DNA of 10,066 nucleotides from Candidatus Methylomirabilia bacterium (GTDB taxonomy: Bacteria; Methylomirabilota; Methylomirabilia; Rokubacteriales; CSP1-6). Shown one piece after another: positions 1 through 7,097 of this stretch. The notes beneath the pieces are model-generated. The model did no database searches. It had not been told where the DNA came from and saw only the letters and a program-made list of their open reading frames with translations. The DNA is taken from assembly GCA_041492755.1 (NCBI GenBank), contig JBGPXN010000170.1:1-10066 (forward strand), written 5' to 3'. The stretch's first letter is position 1. The number at the start of each line of letters is the position of its first letter. The translations under genes and the position numbers were made by a program.

Positions 1-95
1 CGCCGGCGCCCCGCCCGCGCCGCCGGGGGGGGGGGGGGGGGGGGGGCGCGGGTTGGCCCGCCCCCCGGCGGGGGGGGGGGGGGGGGGGGGGCACT
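1..95. other. Low-complexity poly-G/poly-C contig end, probably a sequencing/assembly artefact or error-laden copy of the repeat element
   Basis: Two G runs of about 20 nt and almost no A/T; sits at the window edge; loosely resembles the G-rich element at 9085-9150. Confidence 0.6.
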
Positions 96-149
96 TTGGG
101 GCCCCCCCCACGTAATCAATCGGCCATATCGGGGCCCCCCATGTACTCA
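90..149. repeat. Partial REP/MITE-like repeat, two tandem sub-copies
   Basis: 122-149 GGCCATATCGGGGCCCCCCATGTACTCA matches 9148-9175 GGCCATGTCGGGGCCCCCCATGTACTCA at 27/28 positions; about 90-118 (GGCACTTTGGGGCCCCCCCCACGTAATCA) is a more degenerate copy. Confidence 0.8.
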
Positions 150-674
150 TCAGCCAAACGCGTCGAGGTTCCCGTCCGCTGCTCGGACGACGTCGCGGAC
201 GACGCGGCCGACGACCGCACGCGGGAAGCCGCGCCGAAGCAGATAGTCGCGAAGACGTGGAGCAACCCGCTCGGCGGAGCCGCGGGCGAGCGCTGGCAGC
301 CGCTGACGAGCCACCCCCCGCGCGCGCTCCAGCATGGCATCGCCAGCGAGTGCGGCCACGGCCGCCTCCACCAGGGACGGCGCCACGCCCCGCACCCGGA
401 GCTCGGCGCGCAGCCGCGACACCCCGTAGCCGCGGGCGGAGCGCACCGTGACCCAGTGGTGGGCGAACGCCGCGTCATCGAGGTGACCGCGGGCAGTGAG
501 GTCGTCCACGACGGCGGTGGCGACGTCGACGGGTGCGCCGCGGCGCACGAGTCGGGCGAGGAGCTGGGCGCGCGTCCAGGGGCGGCGCGACAGCAGGTCG
601 GCCGCGGCCAGCCGCGCGGCCGAGGCGTCGAGGGCACGGGCCGGGCGCGGACCAGCGCGACGACGGCGGGCTAC
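150..674 (-). CDS. recX: Regulatory protein RecX (start codon uncertain)
   Basis: [19 protein letters not shown]...GHLDDAAFA...[17 protein letters not shown]...[10 protein letters not shown] are RecX-like motifs; downstream of recA; stop TGA at 150-152. No ATG/GTG/TTG near the expected N-terminus; in-frame candidates are ATC 677, GTA 674 and CTG 611. Confidence 0.88.
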   Translation of the reverse strand, partial: VARRRRAGPRPARALDASAARLAAADLLSRRPWTRAQLLARLVRRGAPVDVATAVVDDLTARGHLDDAAFAHHWVTVRSARGYGVSRLRAELRVRGVAPSLVEAAVAALAGDAMLERARGVARQRLPALARGSAERVAPRLRDYLLRRGFPRAVVGRVVRDVVRAADGNLDAFG

Positions 675-1834
675 GATTTGCGCGCGAAGGGGCTGGGCGC
701 CGGGTTGGTCGGCGGCGCCTCGGCCTTCTTCTCCTTCGCTTTCTCGAACGTCATCTCGCCGGCCGAGAAGATGCCGCGCACCTTGAGATCGAAGTCGTCG
801 GCGTTGGTGGTGGCATCGCGCGCGGTCTCGTAGGAGATGACGTTGTCGCGGTAGAGCTGGAGCAGGCACTGATCGAAGGTCTGCATGCCGTACTGCGACT
901 GTCCCGCCGCGATGACGGATGGGATCTCGGCCGTGCGCTTGGCTTCGCGGATACAGTCCTTGATGATGCCGGTCCCCACCAGGACTTCGACGGCCGGCAC
1001 CCGGCCCGTGCCGTTGAGACGGACCACGAGCCGTTGCGAAACAACGCCGACGATGACGGCGGCCAACTGATCGCGGATCTGCTGCTCCTGGTGCGGCGGG
1101 AAGGTGCCGATGATCCGGTTGACCGTCTCGCCCGCGTTCAGCGTGTGCAGGGTGGAGAACACCAGGTGTCCGGTCTCGGCCGCGTGGAGCGCGACCGCCA
1201 TCGTCTCCGGATCGCGCATCTCTCCGACGAGAATGACGTCGGGATCCTCGCGAAGGGCCGCCCGCAGCGCCATGGCGAAGCTGGGCGTGTCGTGCCCGAT
1301 CTCGCGCTGGCTGATCACGCTGTTGGCGTCGTCGTGGGTGAACTCGATCGGGTCTTCGATCGTGATGATGTGATCGTTCCGGTGGCGGTTGATGTGGTCG
1401 ATCATCGCCGCCAGCGTGGTGGACTTTCCGGATCCGGTAATCCCGGTGACGAGAACCAGGCCGCGCCGCTCGCCGCAGAGCCTGGTGAGCACGGGCGGCA
1501 GGCCGAGCTCCTCGAACTGGGGCTTCTTGCTCGGAATGGCGCGCAGCACGGCGCGGATCTGGCCGAGAGCCAGGAACATGTTGACCCGGAAGCGGCCGAA
1601 GTTCGGCACGGAGTAGGCGCAGTCGACCTCCTTGCCATCCTTGAGCTGGTCGTACGAGCGCTCGGGCAGGATGCGCTCGGCGAGCTGGTCCATGAACTCG
1701 GCAGTAATCAGGCCGAGGTCCGGCTGGGGTGCCAGGCCGCCGTGGATGCGGAGCACCGGCGGCAGGCCCGGCTTGAGGTGCAGGTCGGACGCGCCGCGCT
1801 CGACGCCGGTGATCAGCAGCTTGTCCCAGTCCAT
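671..1834 (-). CDS. pilT: PilT/PilU-family type IV pilus retraction ATPase, 387 aa
   Basis: ASDLHL N-terminus, RFRVN, Walker [10 protein letters not shown], Asp box TIEDPIE, Walker [13 protein letters not shown], His box [12 protein letters not shown]-terminal GMQTFDQ; ATG at 1834 with GGAGG SD overlapping the recA stop. Confidence 0.93.
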   Translation of the reverse strand: MDWDKLLITGVERGASDLHLKPGLPPVLRIHGGLAPQPDLGLITAEFMDQLAERILPERSYDQLKDGKEVDCAYSVPNFGRFRVNMFLALGQIRAVLRAIPSKKPQFEELGLPPVLTRLCGERRGLVLVTGITGSGKSTTLAAMIDHINRHRNDHIITIEDPIEFTHDDANSVISQREIGHDTPSFAMALRAALREDPDVILVGEMRDPETMAVALHAAETGHLVFSTLHTLNAGETVNRIIGTFPPHQEQQIRDQLAAVIVGVVSQRLVVRLNGTGRVPAVEVLVGTGIIKDCIREAKRTAEIPSVIAAGQSQYGMQTFDQCLLQLYRDNVISYETARDATTNADDFDLKVRGIFSAGEMTFEKAKEKKAEAPPTNPAPSPFARKS

Positions 1835-1845
1835 CGTCCGCCCTC

Positions 1846-2862
1846 CTACTTCACCAAGACCGGTGCGCGCAGCCCGAGCGCCTCCCGGAGCTTGGCCTCG
1901 AGATCGCCCAGGACGACCTGGTTTTCTTGCAGCCACTTCTTGGCATTCTCGCGTCCCTGGCCGATTCGCTCGTTCTTGTACGAGTACCAGGTGCCCGACT
2001 TCTCGATGATCCCCTGCTCTACGCCGGCGTCGAGCACCGTCCCGGCCTTGGAGATGCCCTCGCCGTAGATCATGTCGAACTCGGCTTCGCGGAACGGTGG
2101 CGCCAGCTTGTTCTTGACCACCTTCGCCTTCGTGCGCACGCCGACCGACTCCGTGCCCTGCTTGATGACGTCTACGCGGCGCACGTCGATCCGCACCGAC
2201 GCATAGAACTTGAGCGCGCGCCCGCCGGGCTGGGTTTCGGGGGATCCAAACATTACGCCTATCTTTTCGCGGATTTGGTTGATGAAGATCATCACCGCGC
2301 CGGAGCGCGAGATCGCCGCGGTGAGCTTGCGGAGCGCTTGCGACATGAGGCGCGCCTGCAATCCCGGCAGCGAGTCGCCCATGTCGCCGTCGAGCTCGGC
2401 GCGGGGCACGAGCGCGGCGACGGAGTCGACGACGATGACGTCGACGACGTTGGAGCGGATGAGCGTCTCGGCGATCTCGAGCGCCTGCTCGCCGGTGTCG
2501 GGCTGGGAGATCAGCAGCTCGTCGGTGTTGACGCCAAGCCGCTTGGCGTAGATTGCATCGAGCGCGTGCTCGGCGTCGATGAACGCCGCGATGCCGCCGA
2601 GGCGCTGGGCCTCGGCCACCACGTGCAGCGCGAGCGTCGTCTTGCCGGACGACTCCGGGCCGTAGATCTCGACGACGCGGCCGCGCGGCAACCCGCCGAT
2701 GCCGAGCGCGGCATCGAGCGAGATGGCCCCGGTGGGGATCACGGCGATCTCCTCGAGCGCGCCGGCACCCAGTCGCATGACGGCGCCCTTGCCGAACTGC
2801 CGCTCGATCTGGGCGATTGCGAGGTCCAGGGCTTGCCGCCGGTCGCTCTTGGCCTCAGCCAT
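1846..2862 (-). CDS. recA: Recombinase RecA, 338 aa
   Basis: [75 protein letters not shown] at 2862 with AAGGAG SD at 2869-2874. Confidence 0.99.
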   Translation of the reverse strand: MAEAKSDRRQALDLAIAQIERQFGKGAVMRLGAGALEEIAVIPTGAISLDAALGIGGLPRGRVVEIYGPESSGKTTLALHVVAEAQRLGGIAAFIDAEHALDAIYAKRLGVNTDELLISQPDTGEQALEIAETLIRSNVVDVIVVDSVAALVPRAELDGDMGDSLPGLQARLMSQALRKLTAAISRSGAVMIFINQIREKIGVMFGSPETQPGGRALKFYASVRIDVRRVDVIKQGTESVGVRTKAKVVKNKLAPPFREAEFDMIYGEGISKAGTVLDAGVEQGIIEKSGTWYSYKNERIGQGRENAKKWLQENQVVLGDLEAKLREALGLRAPVLVK

Positions 2863-2921
2863 CCGTGTCTCCTTCGCCGCAGTGAGGGTGGATTGCTCGC
2901 CGCGTGCGCCGCGTTTCGGCC

Positions 2922-2951
2922 ATTCTAGGAGGGCGTCGAGACGGGCGTCAA
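2922..2951 (-). promoter_or_regulatory. sigma70-type promoter for recA-pilT-recX
   Basis: Minus strand TTGACG (2951-2946), 18-nt spacer, TAGAAT (2927-2922); both hexamers 5/6 to consensus in a GC-rich background. Confidence 0.75.
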
Positions 2952-2989
2952 TGTCTGATGATGCAGACACCGCTGATACAGACACCGCT
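2952..2989. promoter_or_regulatory. Candidate operator: palindrome TGTCTG-N6-CAGACA plus 15-bp tandem direct repeat
   Basis: TGTCTG 2952-2957 and CAGACA 2964-2969; GATGCAGACACCGCT (2960-2974) and GATACAGACACCGCT (2975-2989); directly adjacent to the recA -35. Confidence 0.5.
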
Positions 2990-3556
2990 TTAGCGTAGCG
3001 GCCAGGCGGCGAGCTCCGTGTAGTGCGCCCCCCGCGGCGACAGATCGCTCCGCATGAGGCTGACGCGGGCGGCGCGGACCACGCCGAACGGCCGGCCCGC
3101 GCCGGCAGCGAGCGCGTCGGCGAGCGTGGCGTCACGGTGCGGCTCGCGCACCCGGCCGAGCGTGATGTGCGCGGTGAGCGGACGGTCTTCGCGCGCGAAC
3201 CCGAGCGGAGCGAGCACGTCGTCCACGCGGCCCGCCAGTCCCGCGACGGCGATGGCGCCGCTCCGGGCTCCCGCCCAGACCACGCGCGGCCGCGTCGGGG
3301 ACGGGAACGCGCCGAGACCGTGCACGGTCACGTCGAAGGCGTCGGCCTCGGCGGCGACGGCCGCGAGCGCCGAGCCGATGGCATCCACCTGGGTCATGGC
3401 GACATGGCCCAGAAACTTCAGCGTGAGATGCAGGTTCTCGGCCGCGATCCAGCTCACGGCGGGAGCCTGGGAGCGCAGGCGGCCGATCTCGGCGGTGAGG
3501 GCTTGACGAACGGCGTCGTTGAGCCGCAGCGCGACGAAGCTCCGGAGGGTGCCTAT
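2990..3556 (-). CDS. thpR: RNA 2',3'-cyclic phosphodiesterase (2H family, ThpR/LigT); start uncertain
   Basis: LRSFVAL N-terminus, two HxT motifs ([10 protein letters not shown] and AHITLGR), [25 protein letters not shown]; stop TAA 2990-2992; ATA at 3556 gives 188 aa, alternative in-frame GTG at 3631. Confidence 0.93.
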   Translation of the reverse strand: MGTLRSFVALRLNDAVRQALTAEIGRLRSQAPAVSWIAAENLHLTLKFLGHVAMTQVDAIGSALAAVAAEADAFDVTVHGLGAFPSPTRPRVVWAGARSGAIAVAGLAGRVDDVLAPLGFAREDRPLTAHITLGRVREPHRDATLADALAAGAGRPFGVVRAARVSLMRSDLSPRGAHYTELAAWPLR

Positions 3557-4059
3557 CGCGATCCTTCCAGCGGCGGGCTCTCCTCCAGCCGACGCCGTAG
3601 CATATCCAGTGCCATCTGCGACGACTGCCACTTCACGGACGCGCGGTCGCCGGTGAAATGGAAGTGCCTGCTCTCCACCCGGTCGCGCACCGCGACGCCG
3701 ATGAACACGGTCCCGACGGGCTTGGTCGGTGTGCCGCCATCCGGCCCGGCAATCCCCGTGACGGCAAGCCCGCAGTCGGCCCCACTGATACGAAGGACGC
3801 CGCGCACCATCGCCTCGGCGCACGGCGCGCTCACGGCACCGTGCTCGTGCAAGATTGCGTCCGGCACCCCGAGCATCTCCTGCTTGGCGCGGTTCGAGTA
3901 GACCATCACGCCGCGCTCAAAGTAGGCGGACGATCCCGGGATGTTCGTCAGACGGTGACCAAGGAGGCCGCCGGTGCACGACTCCGCGACCGCGACCGTC
4001 AGGCCGCGGGCGCGTAACAGATCGCCCACGGCCCGCTCGAGCGATGGGTCGTCCCTCAT
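3553..4059 (-). CDS. cinA: CinA C-terminal-domain protein (PncC-type NMN deamidase), 168 aa
   Basis: VAVAESCTGG, PGSSAYF, YSNRAK, HGAVS, TGIAGPDGGTPTKPVGTV; ATG 4059 overlaps the pgpA stop (ATGA); lacks the N-terminal MoCF-like domain of full-length CinA. Confidence 0.93.
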   Translation of the reverse strand: MRDDPSLERAVGDLLRARGLTVAVAESCTGGLLGHRLTNIPGSSAYFERGVMVYSNRAKQEMLGVPDAILHEHGAVSAPCAEAMVRGVLRISGADCGLAVTGIAGPDGGTPTKPVGTVFIGVAVRDRVESRHFHFTGDRASVKWQSSQMALDMLRRRLEESPPLEGSR

Positions 4060-4538
4060 GGCCAGGCGAGCACGGCGCGCGACAGGGCCAGGATGGCCGC
4101 CGCGTACAGGCCGGCGATCAGGTCGTCCACCATGATCCCGACGCCGCCGGGGATCTCCTGGCTTCCCCGGGCGGGTGGCGGTTTGACGACGTCGAAGATG
4201 CGAAAGAGGACGAAACCGGCGAGCAGCACCGCCGGCGTGCGCGGAAAGAACATCACCGAGAGCGTCATCCCCGCCACCTCGTCGACCACGATCGCCCCCG
4301 GATCCTTGCCGCCAAGCCGTCGCTCCGCGCGGTCCGCCGCCCACACGCCCACGGCGGTCACCAGGACGAAGAACACCACGAGGCCGGCACGATCACCGGG
4401 CAAGAACCAGATCACGCCGAGCGCCACCGCGCTTCCTACGGTGCCCGGTGCCACCGGCGACCGCCCCGCGCCGCCGACCGTCGCGATGGCGACGGCGACG
4501 CGGTCGGCGAGCGAGCCGCGCCCGACGCCGGTGGCGCG
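4056..4538 (-). CDS. pgpA: Phosphatidylglycerophosphatase A (start uncertain)
   Basis: GAGRSPVAPGTVGS, KDPGAIVVDEVAG, FVLFRIFDVVKP, GGVGIMVDDLIAG; hydrophobic segments. First canonical start after rimO is GTG 4454, inside the conserved motif; the upstream ATG 4706 lies deep in rimO. The 5' coordinate given is simply the first full in-frame codon after the rimO stop. Confidence 0.92.
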   Translation of the reverse strand, partial: RATGVGRGSLADRVAVAIATVGGAGRSPVAPGTVGSAVALGVIWFLPGDRAGLVVFFVLVTAVGVWAADRAERRLGGKDPGAIVVDEVAGMTLSVMFFPRTPAVLLAGFVLFRIFDVVKPPPARGSQEIPGGVGIMVDDLIAGLYAAAILALSRAVLAWP

Positions 4539-4539
4539 C

Positions 4540-5853
4540 TCAGGCGCGCTCGCCGACGAGCTCGTACCCCTCGACCTCGGCGATGCGGGCGCGGGCGAAG
4601 CGACCCGGCTCGAACGCGCCGCGCAGATAGACGACGCCGTCGATCTCCGGGGCCTGTCCGGCGAGTCGCGCTTCCCACGTGAAGGCAGGATCCTCGCTGG
4701 CCCCATCCACGAGCACGTCCTGCACCGTCCCGATCAGCGCCTTGTGCCGCTCCCAGGCGATCCCGTCCTGGAGCTCCTGGACGGAGGCCGCCCGCTCGGC
4801 CGCCGTGTCCGACGGCACTTGATCGGCAAACTCCGGCGACGGCGTGCCTTCCTCCGGCGAGTACGTGAACACGCCGAGCCGGTCGAAGCGGACGTCGTCG
4901 ACGAACTCGAGTAGGTTCTGGAACGCGGCTTCGGATTCACCGGGAAAGCCGACGAGCACGGTCGTCCGCACGGTCAGCCCGGGAATGGCGTCGCGGAACC
5001 GAGCGACGACGTCCTTCATCCGCCGCGCGGTCACCGCCCGGCGCATCGCGCGCAGGATGCCATCGTCCCCGTGCTGCACCGGCAGATCGAGATAGGGCAC
5101 GACGCGGGCGCGCGCCCAGGTGGCGATGAGGCGGTCGTTGACGTGGGCGGGATGGAGATACATCGGCCGGATCCAGGGCATGCGCGTGTCGCCGAGTGCC
5201 AGCAGCAGCTCGCCGATGTCCCCGTTGTCCGGCAGGTCACGCCCGTAGGCGAGCGTGTCCTGCGAGACCAGGATCGCCTCCTGGAGGCCACGCCGGGCGA
5301 GGTTCTCCACCTCGGCCACGACGTCGCGGAGCGGGCGGCTGCGATGACGGCCGCGGAATTGTGGAATAGCGCAGAACGTGCAGCCCATGTCGCAGCCCTC
5401 GGCGATCTTCACGTACGCGTACGGCACGCGGGTGCTCACCAGCCGTGGCGTCGTCGCGTCGTAGAGATAGCCAGGCGGCGCCGACGTCGCCCAGTCGTGG
5501 CGGCCGGAGGCCTGGCGCACGAGGTCGACGATGCGCGGCAGCTCGGCGGTGCCGAGGATGCCGTCGATCTCGGGCATCTCACGCAGGATCTCGCCGCCGT
5601 AGCGCTGGGTGAGGCAGCCGGTGACGATGAGGGCGCGGGCGCGGCCCGATTCCTTGAGCTGGGCCAGCTCCAGAATCGTGCGCACCGACTCTTCGCGCGC
5701 GCGATCGATGAAGGCGCAGGTGTTCACCACCAGGCACTCCGCGTCCTCGGCGCGGTCGGCGATCGCGAAGCCGGCCTCGGTCAACATGCCGAGCATGAGC
5801 TCGGAGTCGACCTGGTTCTTCGGGCATCCGAGAGTCGTGAGATGGACCTTCAT
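4540..5853 (-). CDS. rimO: Ribosomal protein S12 methylthiotransferase RimO, 437 aa
   Basis: LGCPKNQVDSE, NTCAFI, TGCL (MTTase N-domain cysteines), radical-SAM CDMGCTFC, VGFPGE, GVFTYSPEEGT, TRAM domain with QAPEIDG. Confidence 0.96.
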   Translation of the reverse strand: MKVHLTTLGCPKNQVDSELMLGMLTEAGFAIADRAEDAECLVVNTCAFIDRAREESVRTILELAQLKESGRARALIVTGCLTQRYGGEILREMPEIDGILGTAELPRIVDLVRQASGRHDWATSAPPGYLYDATTPRLVSTRVPYAYVKIAEGCDMGCTFCAIPQFRGRHRSRPLRDVVAEVENLARRGLQEAILVSQDTLAYGRDLPDNGDIGELLLALGDTRMPWIRPMYLHPAHVNDRLIATWARARVVPYLDLPVQHGDDGILRAMRRAVTARRMKDVVARFRDAIPGLTVRTTVLVGFPGESEAAFQNLLEFVDDVRFDRLGVFTYSPEEGTPSPEFADQVPSDTAAERAASVQELQDGIAWERHKALIGTVQDVLVDGASEDPAFTWEARLAGQAPEIDGVVYLRGAFEPGRFARARIAEVEGYELVGERA

Positions 5854-5865
5854 GATGGACGCATC

Positions 5866-5886
5866 AGTATACCGTGCGGCCGCACG
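5866..5886 (-). promoter_or_regulatory. Probable -10 element for the rimO operon with adjacent 14-bp palindrome
   Basis: Minus strand TATACT at 5871-5866, 12 nt from the rimO ATG, no SD; perfect palindrome CGTGCGGCCGCACG at 5873-5886. Confidence 0.45.
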
Positions 5887-6110
5887 AGCGCGTCATCGGC
5901 ACGCTGATCTTCGTCGCGTGGTTTTCGAAGGGCCTGCGCGTGCTCGACATCGCCGACCCGTACCATTTCCGCGAGATCGGCCACTACGAGCCGGGGCCAG
6001 CGGCCGGCAGCAGGCGTCCCGTCTCCAACGACGTCTGGGTCGACGACCGTGGCCTCGTGTACTTGATCGACCGCGACGGCGGGCTCGACATCCTGGAATG
6101 GCGCCCCTAG
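5874..6110 (+). pseudogene. C-terminal remnant of an LVIVD-repeat (beta-propeller) protein
   Basis: PHERVIGTLIFVAWFSKGLRVLDIADPY...SNDVWVDDRGLVYLIDRDGGLDILE resembles the C-terminus of LVIVD proteins; only 78 aa; in-frame stop at 5853-5855 leaves no room for the N-terminal part. Confidence 0.72.
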
Positions 6111-6159
6111 ACCGCCGGTCGGCGAACCACCGTTGCGGACGGCGCCCCCAGCCGACCGA

Positions 6160-6639
6160 TCACGACATGAAGTCTTGCAGGCGCCGGTAGAGCGCGGCGC
6201 CGGCCCCGCCGGGAAGGAGCAACAAGAGGAGACGCGTGACGATCGCCGGCTGCCACCAGCAATGACGGAGCGACTGCAGATAGTGGCGACGGGCATACCG
6301 AACCTCGCCCCGCTCGAAGTGTTCGCCGGCGATCCAGGCGTGGGCCTTGGCCAGCCCGCGATCGATCATGCGCCTGGTGGGTTCGGTATCGCCGCCCTCG
6401 ATCTCGGTGACTGGGACCGCCATGTGGCGGACGACGGCCGCCGCGTGGATTTGGGACGGGCTGGCCCTGCGTGGGCCAAATCCCGATGCTCTGCGGAGAC
6501 GAACCGCACTGGACCGTCTCGACCGCAATCGCGCGCAAAGAGCGGCATCGGTCCTGACGACCTCCAGGCTCGTCACGCTCTCCATGCGTAGGCGCGGCTC
6601 AGTGCCGGTGGTGCCCCAACCTCTCGGTTCCGTTTGCAT
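6160..6639 (-). pseudogene. Hypothetical 159-aa ORF, probable remnant carrying a glycosyltransferase-like C-terminal helical tail
   Basis: ATG 6639 preceded by GAAGAGGG; C-terminal AKAHAWIAGEHFERGEVRYARRHYLQSLRHCWWQPAIVTRLLLLLLP resembles tails of GT2 enzymes; no catalytic domain seen. Confidence 0.45.
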
Positions 6640-7021
6640 GCCCTCTTCACACGTCGAGTCGTGGCGCTGAGGCTTCGGCAGGGTGGGGCCCATCGGACCC
6701 CGTACCAGCCATCATCCCGAGGATGCGCTTGCGCGCTGCCCGGTCAACGGCAGGCGGAGTGTAGCAAGAGTCGTGCACGTCGTTGGGACGGCAACGAAGC
6801 CTTCGCGCGGAGAGCTGACCGAACGGGAACGGCCCCGGTTTGTCGTGCGAAGTGCCGAGCTATCGAGGTCTTGACCATCCGGCGCCGGAGAGCGCAGGCC
6901 ACCTGCTCGATGGCTTCGATATGCACGTGCCCGGTTCCGCTATGCAAACGGCTTGCGCAGGGTCGGCGCCAATTCTGGGCCGAAAACGGTCTAAACGGCG
7001 CGGGCTTCGCGCGCCCCAGGG

Positions 7022-7038
7022 TTGGCATCGGCCGTGCT
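7022..7038 (+). promoter_or_regulatory. sigma54 (-24/-12) promoter upstream of glmS
   Basis: TTGGCATCGGCCGTGCT: GG 7024-7025, exactly 10 nt, GC 7036-7037; about 60 nt upstream of the glmS ATG; long upstream intergenic region could hold enhancer sites. Confidence 0.72.
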
Positions 7039-7097
7039 CTTCTGCTCCGGCGGTTCGCGATCGGGAGTCACCGGCGCGAGAACGGAGGACGCATTTT

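Noticed and set aside
1..95. G-quadruplex or phase-variable poly-G tract
   Set aside because: At the contig edge and typical of low-quality base calls; cannot be supported without reads
533..2068. 511-aa plus-strand ORF, and similar ORFs 1927-2928, 3023-3901 and 5071-5907
   Set aside because: Antisense shadows of well-conserved genes; stop-poor frames are expected at this GC content; no recognisable motifs
6116..6158. Terminator between convergent remnants (CGGTCGGC...GCCGACCG)
   Set aside because: Only an 8-bp stem with a 27-nt loop and no U-tract; plausible by chance at this GC content
6700..7097. glmS ribozyme upstream of glmS
   Set aside because: A TATCGA is present near 6861, but the AGCGCC...ACU and GACGAGG core elements are not found in the required order
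6840..7097. N-terminal extensions of GlmS (from 6840), RecA (from 3135), PilT (from 1936) and CinA (from 4344) in the ORF track
   Set aside because: Downstream ATGs have clear SD or ATGA coupling and match family N-termini; GlmS needs Cys at position 2
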